Virus record (IMG/VR): IMGVR_UViG_3300011429_000087
Span: 64,001-128,000 of that record
Source: a virus
Lineage: Duplodnaviria; Caudoviricetes
Strand: one strand, 5' to 3'
Length of the DNA stretch: 64,000 bases
This document shows, piece by piece, positions 58,367 through 64,000 of the stretch (within the stretch, counting starts at the first letter, position 1; each line of letters begins with the position of its first letter). The position numbers and the translations under genes are program-made. The notes below the pieces were generated by a model that worked only from the letters and a program-made list of their open reading frames with translations, made no database searches and was not told the origin of the DNA.

Positions 58367-59444
58367 GTTTTAACTCCTTCACAAGTTGTTCTTCCGTCAT
58401 CTTCCATAACCACTCTGTTGGCTGTTTATTGGATAGTAATTGAAATACACCGGCCTGATATTCGTGCGGCACATTTGCCTGAATCCAAATGGCATGATAT
58501 TTACGCCATATTTTAGGATCATAGGTTGGCCCATCCGACGGGTTAAGGCCGCTTACTTTCTTCCACCATTCATTGATTTCTGCGTTAATTTTATTATAAC
58601 GATTCTGTACCAACGCAATTACATCGTCTAGGACCACTCGCCACGTTGGCGGGCACTGAGCGGCCACCGCCGCTATCGAACCGTCTCGACAGCCCTCTAC
58701 GACGCGAGGAATCGAGACATTAGTGAGGAAGCGGTGGGCCATTACGTAGACTGGCGACTTCGCCTTAACTCGGAGGCCCGACGCAAAGCGTATGACGTAG
58801 CCCTCTTCATTCTCTGCGAACGGAAGGTTGCCTAGATCGGTGTGTCCACAAATCTTGGGACGCCCGAAACCACAAAAGATGGCTAGATCATTTACCTGTT
58901 GCGTGGGCCATTCTGAGCCGTCTCGATTAAAGACAGTTAATAGAACGAGTTCACGCCGACCGGCGTAATCAACAACAATACGGTTCTCTGGATATAGGAT
59001 CTCTACTATTGGAGTTACGTTGTCTGGAACTGTAGATAGATCGTACTCCGAGAGCATCTTCGTAGCTTCGCGTGCCTGTGGCGAATCCATAGAGCCGGGT
59101 GTAGCTACGGCCCACTCGCCAGTAGGAAGCTTATACAATGACCCCATTGAGCCGTCTAGCTTCTCAAAGACTTCGAACGGCTCATTAGGAAGTTTTTCTA
59201 GGCTGGCTTCTGGACGCTCTCCAATATTGAAAAATTTTGGAAATGAGCGTGCGACAAGATCGCCGGTCGTAGTATTGAAAATAATGCCACGACACATGCG
59301 ATTGATTGGATTCCAGCCATCTTCGAAGGCACAAACGTCAGTATACTTAAAAATGCTTAGATGTGGAAATGCCGGATGCGTCTGTTCGCTTACGCGAGCA
59401 GCCGCAACCTCGGCACGTATCATATCAAGCAAAGCCATCGTCAT
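58344..59444 (-). CDS. RNA ligase, T4 Rnl1 family
   Basis: CRGII, FPKFFN, EKLDGS, NRIVV.Y, EGYVI, KAKS.VY. Confidence 0.92.
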   Translation of the reverse strand: MTMALLDMIRAEVAAARVSEQTHPAFPHLSIFKYTDVCAFEDGWNPINRMCRGIIFNTTTGDLVARSFPKFFNIGERPEASLEKLPNEPFEVFEKLDGSMGSLYKLPTGEWAVATPGSMDSPQAREATKMLSEYDLSTVPDNVTPIVEILYPENRIVVDYAGRRELVLLTVFNRDGSEWPTQQVNDLAIFCGFGRPKICGHTDLGNLPFAENEEGYVIRFASGLRVKAKSPVYVMAHRFLTNVSIPRVVEGCRDGSIAAVAAQCPPTWRVVLDDVIALVQNRYNKINAEINEWWKKVSGLNPSDGPTYDPKIWRKYHAIWIQANVPHEYQAGVFQLLSNKQPTEWLWKMTEEQLVKELKHDNSITL

Positions 59445-59746
59445 TAGATCACCTGAATCCATTTAGAGTTTTGCCAACGAACCCCATTCTTATTGAGGCC
59501 AACCACTAGCATATCACCGGCAGTCAAATTGTCAACCGCAACCGACCAGAAATCATTGACTGCTTGCTCTGGCGTCTTGCCGTGAGTTTTAGCAGAAACT
59601 ACATCAATTAGGCCGTTATCTGCTCTTTGCAGACGAATCTGCGTTGATAGATACCACGTATTCTTGGCACTGAGTTTAAGTGCCAAATTGGGATCAATCT
59701 GATTAAGCCGAGCGAACTTCTCAAGCCATGTTAGACTATAGTTCAT
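59444..59746 (-). CDS. hypothetical protein
   Basis: Coupled ORF. Confidence 0.6.
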   Translation of the reverse strand: MNYSLTWLEKFARLNQIDPNLALKLSAKNTWYLSTQIRLQRADNGLIDVVSAKTHGKTPEQAVNDFWSVAVDNLTAGDMLVVGLNKNGVRWQNSKWIQVI

Positions 59747-59994
59747 GGGTACATCTCACTTAAATGATCTTGTATACCAATATAAATTGGCTTAGGTATA
59801 GACTCTCTCATAAACATATCTTCATTTTCAAAGAGTTTAGCCGCCCTAGTATATTGACGCTTCAATAAAAAATTACATATCTTTAACATAGCATGTAAAT
59901 CATCGGCCGAATGATTTCGTAATCTTCCAGTGCCCTTGTTAATAGCCCTTAAGATTGTACGTCTCCAACCTCTAATATTTTGTGGATTAATCAT
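59743..59994 (-). CDS. hypothetical protein
   Basis: Coupled ORF. Confidence 0.6.
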   Translation of the reverse strand: MINPQNIRGWRRTILRAINKGTGRLRNHSADDLHAMLKICNFLLKRQYTRAAKLFENEDMFMRESIPKPIYIGIQDHLSEMYP

Positions 59995-60689
59995 TTGCCA
60001 AACTTTCCGGCAATTGCCTTAGCACATTCTCGACGAACTCTTTCGTCCAGTTTCGCCATTGGAACACCAGTGGTGAAACTATGGAAATAATCACCAATTT
60101 TGTTACGAGTTTCAAACACTATCTTGGCAGCGTCCATCAATGCTCGTCCCTGTGGGTATGGCCTATTGATAAATGTTGGACCACGTCCCTGAGCATCTGC
60201 TTGTGCCACTAACGCCACGCTATTCACATAATCACCAAGTCTTTGGATAAGATCAACCTTCTTTACTGGCCTAAGATCAAAAAATCTATGAACATTAAGA
60301 TGGTCGCGAGCACAAGCAACTGCCACATCCGTCCACTCTTGAGGCACATTAAATCTTGCTCCAAGAGCCATAGTAGGTTCAATACCCAAGAATTCGTGGT
60401 CGTAGTGGTGGGGAAGATTATCTGTAGGAGTTAATGCCTTACCAAGATCGTGACACATAGCCGCCCACAATTCATCCATTGTAACGTCGAGTTCAAATGC
60501 TCTATCCACAACCAATAGAGTATGGACGAACGCATCCCCCTCGGGATGATGTTGAGGAGGCTGGATGCGGCCTTTCAGGGCAGTAATCTCTGGCGGCAAA
60601 ATACCAAGCCGATCTGCTTCGAGTAGAACGTCACTAGGCTTTGGACGCTCCAGAAGGCCGTCAAAGAAGAAGTGGAAAAAGTTATTCAT
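59991..60689 (-). CDS. stand-alone HD phosphohydrolase related to the C-terminal domain of multifunctional CCA-adding enzyme
   Basis: QPPQHHPEGD..VHT, CHDLGKALTP, HYDHE, ADAQGR; no nucleotidyltransferase head. Confidence 0.85.
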   Translation of the reverse strand: MNNFFHFFFDGLLERPKPSDVLLEADRLGILPPEITALKGRIQPPQHHPEGDAFVHTLLVVDRAFELDVTMDELWAAMCHDLGKALTPTDNLPHHYDHEFLGIEPTMALGARFNVPQEWTDVAVACARDHLNVHRFFDLRPVKKVDLIQRLGDYVNSVALVAQADAQGRGPTFINRPYPQGRALMDAAKIVFETRNKIGDYFHSFTTGVPMAKLDERVRRECAKAIAGKFGK

Positions 60690-60697
60690 GGTTTTAC

Positions 60698-61726
60698 TTA
60701 GATCCGATAGAGTAGCGTAGTGTTACCTACTAGGTGACGATTATAAGAAGTGCTCTCAACGAAGAGGGTAAATTCGCCGTGCGTTCCAGGACGCAGCCGG
60801 ATATCTTGCCCTGCTGGCAAGCCAAGTTTCCGACGGGCCTGTTCACCACCATACAATGCTCCGGTCTGTTTGTCAAGAATCATAAGGTTCTTTGTTGAAG
60901 CAACTTTCTCTGGCTTTGTGAGTTCATAGAAGGCATGCCCCACAGAATAGGTTAGTCCTTTACTTCGAACGAAAGCTGCAATTTCAGTATTTTGATCCCT
61001 AGAATCAACCCGGAATCGTTTGAATTGCGTAGTAAGATCGGTCATGCGGTTAACATCACCCGGGGTGACGGCATCCATGTTAGCCATATAAGACTGAGTT
61101 GATTGACGCACGCTCTGACCGCTCCCACGGCTGGCAAAATAGCCCCGTGATCCGGCGTTATTTCTTACAAGATAGTCGGCCACACCTTCGTCTGTAGCTT
61201 CCCAGGGCCGAACATTGTAGGCTGGAATCCCCATGTCAGTTAGATAATGCTCACCCCCGGGCGGGCAGTTACCAACAATACTGATATTTTCATCGGCCAG
61301 AGCACGACCGATGAGTGTCCGGATAGCATTTAGATCATAGATTTTCGACTCATTCTCTTGACCGTCTGTAATCACTACGATAAGAAGACCGTCATCCTTA
61401 CGCTTCTGATTAATACCAATTCTAATGGCATCCGCCACGGCATCGTAAAGAGCCGTCCCGCCACCTGGATTATAGTTAGAAGCATTGAAGTTCGTTTCTG
61501 CCGGTTTTACCACGTTGCTAAAACGAATCGTTGAGAGATCGGCCCTCTGATTGGTATTTTTAGCTTCCTGTGTCAGCGTATCAACCTGATTCTTGAATGC
61601 ATTTCGGGCCGACTCACGAATACCACGCATCGAACCGCTCTCGTCCAATACAAGCTTAATGTAATTGATAGGACGACGCTTATGGTTCTTACGAGCCTTC
61701 TCTACTAGTTTGGCAAAGTTGTTCAT
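60698..61726 (-). CDS. vWA-domain protein
   Basis: DESGS (MIDAS), TALYDA, ITDGQEN. Confidence 0.88.
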   Translation of the reverse strand: MNNFAKLVEKARKNHKRRPINYIKLVLDESGSMRGIRESARNAFKNQVDTLTQEAKNTNQRADLSTIRFSNVVKPAETNFNASNYNPGGGTALYDAVADAIRIGINQKRKDDGLLIVVITDGQENESKIYDLNAIRTLIGRALADENISIVGNCPPGGEHYLTDMGIPAYNVRPWEATDEGVADYLVRNNAGSRGYFASRGSGQSVRQSTQSYMANMDAVTPGDVNRMTDLTTQFKRFRVDSRDQNTEIAAFVRSKGLTYSVGHAFYELTKPEKVASTKNLMILDKQTGALYGGEQARRKLGLPAGQDIRLRPGTHGEFTLFVESTSYNRHLVGNTTLLYRI

Positions 61727-62193
61727 TTCCCATTAACTCCATTTTTAAAGATTGACAAATCTGACCATTCGGTTTCTCCGTCCACCGGAATATAACGCAT
61801 GATCTGTTTTTTAAGCACTTCCAAGGGTACATTATGCTTGTTCCTGAGGAACAATTCGGAGGGAATCCAGGGACCGGGAGTGCGAATTACTTCATATTCT
61901 GCTCCGCACTTTTTGGCAACGTCGATGTAGGTATTGACCTCGGTAAGAGTTGTGGAGGTATTGGAAACGATCACGAATTCGTGGGATGAATTCTTGTCCA
62001 TAAGTGCTTCGATCGCCTTTGTCCGGCACCAGACGTGAGCTTGTCCGAGCTTACGAGGATCGAATTGATAATTGCCATTCTTGCTAAAAAAATCATCAGA
62101 CTCGAACCAATTGACTTTTGGTTCTCCACCAAGATGTTGGGCAATAGTGCTCTTGCCAGAGCCGGATGGGCCACGAATTATAATGAGTTTCAT
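61723..62193 (-). CDS. P-loop polynucleotide-kinase-like protein (AAA_33)
   Basis: RGPSGSGKST, AH.WC, VSNT, RNKHNVP. Confidence 0.82.
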   Translation of the reverse strand: MKLIIIRGPSGSGKSTIAQHLGGEPKVNWFESDDFFSKNGNYQFDPRKLGQAHVWCRTKAIEALMDKNSSHEFVIVSNTSTTLTEVNTYIDVAKKCGAEYEVIRTPGPWIPSELFLRNKHNVPLEVLKKQIMRYIPVDGETEWSDLSIFKNGVNGK

Positions 62194-62233
62194 GCTTTAG
62201 ATGTAATTTCGTAAACGCCAGGGCCAATACATG

Positions 62234-62521
62234 TTAATCCCCATACATTAATAGATTAAGAGTAGCTAAAACGTCTCGTAGCTGAGGTAATGTGCCTTCG
62301 CTAATTCTCTTGCAGTTCGCTAGGCGGTCTTTTAGATCACTATCTGATTCTTCTTTATATTTACGTTTACCGTCTGGTTCTAGCGTCTCTTTTGTTCTAC
62401 GTTGCCCGTTAGGATGCCACATACGCTCATGTCCAGACTCAAATAGAATGATAATGTCTTCAATAACCTTGATTCGCTCTGAAAGAGGCGAGGTTGGATA
62501 TACTACAGGAGGTTGCATCAA
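62234..62521 (-). CDS. hypothetical protein
   Basis: Coupled ORF. Confidence 0.55.
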   Translation of the reverse strand: MMQPPVVYPTSPLSERIKVIEDIIILFESGHERMWHPNGQRRTKETLEPDGKRKYKEESDSDLKDRLANCKRISEGTLPQLRDVLATLNLLMYGD

Positions 62522-62709
62522 AAATCCCCGTCATCATCCTCGTCTTCGTCATCGAAACGCTTTTTGTGGCGGCGACGATTAAGATCGTGTTTGGCGTCCT
62601 GTTTATGTGGCTGATTACCAAATCGTTTGCCGCAATTTGCACATTCAGGATCTTTATCGCCATTATAAGAGCCGCAATCTGTACACTGAATCAACTTCAT
62701 ATTACTCAT
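62518..62709 (-). CDS. hypothetical double Zn-ribbon protein with acidic tail
   Basis: CTDC, CANC; ATGA overlaps. Confidence 0.6.
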   Translation of the reverse strand: MSNMKLIQCTDCGSYNGDKDPECANCGKRFGNQPHKQDAKHDLNRRRHKKRFDDEDEDDDGDF

Positions 62710-63044
62710 TTTGACCAATCCACTGACAAGTTATGTTCCTTAATAAGAGCCATGCAATCATCACACGGCTTACTGAGCTTCATTTCGCCACGCTTGTTGA
62801 TACGAATCACGTAAATACTATAACCAGAAAGATCACTTTTATTCAGAATACTCAGAGCCTTAGCAACTGCCCTAACTTCTGCATGGCAAGTTGTATATGG
62901 GCCAGATCCTTTAGGGTGCGTCTTATAAGGGACGTTAAAAGCCCCGGTAATCGGACGCCCCCTCTTATGGATAACCGCTCCGTGCCGGTAATGTTCGCAC
63001 GGAGACTGAAGGGCCAACTTCATGGCGTGCTTCGTGTTTGTCAT
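62706..63044 (-). CDS. Zn-dependent cytidine/nucleotide deaminase-like protein
   Basis: HGAVI, CHAE, SKPCDDC. Confidence 0.82.
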   Translation of the reverse strand: MTNTKHAMKLALQSPCEHYRHGAVIHKRGRPITGAFNVPYKTHPKGSGPYTTCHAEVRAVAKALSILNKSDLSGYSIYVIRINKRGEMKLSKPCDDCMALIKEHNLSVDWSK

Positions 63045-63049
63045 GGCCG

Positions 63050-63367
63050 CTATTCTACAACGGGGCCGCTGCCAGTCAAGTTATTTTTTGAGGAATTTTT
63101 TTCGTAGCGGTTGCACTCTAGAACTTCTGAAAATTGCACCGGCTCTATCTCTGGATTCTTTACGGGATTCCAGAAACAAATGACCGTGTATCCTTCATTT
63201 CTAATTTCTGTCTGCTTAGGCTCTGGCTTAATAGTATCTTTATCTTCCCATTCGTCCTTATCCTCATCGTCAGAATCGGAAAGAAGAATAGTGGCTTTTT
63301 CGGTTTGACGGACGCATAGGCCGTGTATGCATGTAAAGCAAAGAGGACGAGCATTTTTATTAGTCAT
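63050..63367 (-). CDS. hypothetical protein
   Basis: CFTC.H...C; acidic loop. Confidence 0.6.
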   Translation of the reverse strand: MTNKNARPLCFTCIHGLCVRQTEKATILLSDSDDEDKDEWEDKDTIKPEPKQTEIRNEGYTVICFWNPVKNPEIEPVQFSEVLECNRYEKNSSKNNLTGSGPVVE

Positions 63368-63942
63368 GACTTTTCCAATTTCATTTTATATCTTTCTTTT
63401 ATGTCTTTTCTACAAGTTCTGCAAACTCGCCCCCCGTTTGGCAATACATAAGTATTTTTTATTGTAAATTCGTGAGATCGCTTACAGTGAGTTTTTCTAG
63501 CGTTTTGGGCACATATTCCGTAACCACGTAGTACGTTCTCTGCATTAGTGACCAACTCCATATGTATCGGATTAATACATGCCCTATTTCTACATAAATG
63601 ATCTATAGTCAGAATATCATTTATTGGACCGTATATTTGTTCGTAGCACCATCTGTGTGCTTGCCAAGTTTCACCTTCATAAGAGAAATTACCATAACCA
63701 TCACGATCTTTATAACCAGCCCATTCAATACATCGTATACCGTTAAATAATTTATCTGTAAATAAAAGATGGGAATTAAATCTTGTAATTGGATCTGTAC
63801 GAGATAATACACGTAATCTATACGTTTCTTTTCTTAAGCTTTTTTCTGTTCTTTTAAGTATATCTAATAAATCTTTTGTGGGAATGACGCCATAAAAATC
63901 TATTAATATCTGTTTGTCTTCATTTGTCCATGAACCAATCAT
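63364..63942 (-). mobile_element. HNH homing endonuclease with N-terminal Myb/HTH-like module
   Basis: AHRWCY, IDHLCRNRACINP, KTHCKRSH. Confidence 0.88.
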
Positions 63943-64000
63943 GATTTTAATAAGTAATCCGATCCAACTATTTTTAATTTAATTCTTCCATATTTTGGAT
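63939..64000 (-). CDS. C-terminus of an upstream gene, possibly a DRB0094/Rnl2-like RNA ligase
   Basis: PKYGRIKLKIVGSDYLLKS* resembles the motif-V tail GRxxxKxxxxxYL; only 19 aa visible. Confidence 0.35.
   Translation of the reverse strand, partial: PKYGRIKLKIVGSDYLLKS

Noticed and set aside
59020-59466. Antisense ORFs in the track (e.g. 191-619, 44598-45029, 51937-52320, 59020-59466)
   Set aside because: They are shadows of well-supported genes on the opposite strand and carry no motifs
62190-62245. Possible -1 frameshift at a GGGG run extending 62234 to an ATGA overlap with the kinase
   Set aside because: No canonical slippery heptamer or stimulatory structure; a 16-codon open stretch is expected by chance
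1-64000. Stop-codon reassignment (alternative genetic code)
   Set aside because: Conserved genes are full length in code 11, and TAA, TAG and TGA all end genes at the expected positions
1-64000. CRISPR arrays, tRNA or rRNA genes
   Set aside because: Intergenic gaps are mostly under 100 nt; I saw no spaced direct repeats or cloverleaf motifs by eye. A tRNA/covariance scan would be definitive

Overview
This window is a 64-kb slice of a large (probably jumbo) tailed dsDNA phage genome. It is gene-dense, has many ATGA/TAATG overlaps, reads in the standard code, and shows no rRNA, tRNA or CRISPR. Genes are on the + strand to ~46.7 kb and on the - strand after that. In order: a ClpP-like tail, DnaE, SSB and a sigma-like gene; a ~27-kb glycan-building island (about 12 glycosyltransferases or GT-like genes, 6 SAM methyltransferases, a HAD phosphatase, a nucleotidyltransferase, fcl, gmd, an HNH-IMPDH/GMPR fusion and three free homing endonucleases); a recombination/nucleotide block (SSAP-like, Whirly-like, SLOG, FAD oxidoreductase, class II RNR, dCMP deaminase, cupin, ThyX); a secreted PHP hydrolase; Ser-Gly-rich fibre genes and a holin-like gene. 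The - strand arm carries def+map, a catalytically altered YhaM, a sigma factor, an SMC-like ATPase, a DEDDh exonuclease, a dNMP kinase, a LAGLIDADG-NDT fusion and an RNA-repair set (Rnl1, CCA-type HD domain, PNK-like kinase). The best leads are: a probable phage-encoded virion glycosylation system; a LAGLIDADG element that has replaced the 3' half of a CgeB-type GT; the obligate HNH-IMPDH fusion; and a Whirly-like ssDNA-binding protein beside an annealase. All calls come from motif recognition by eye; no database searches were run.
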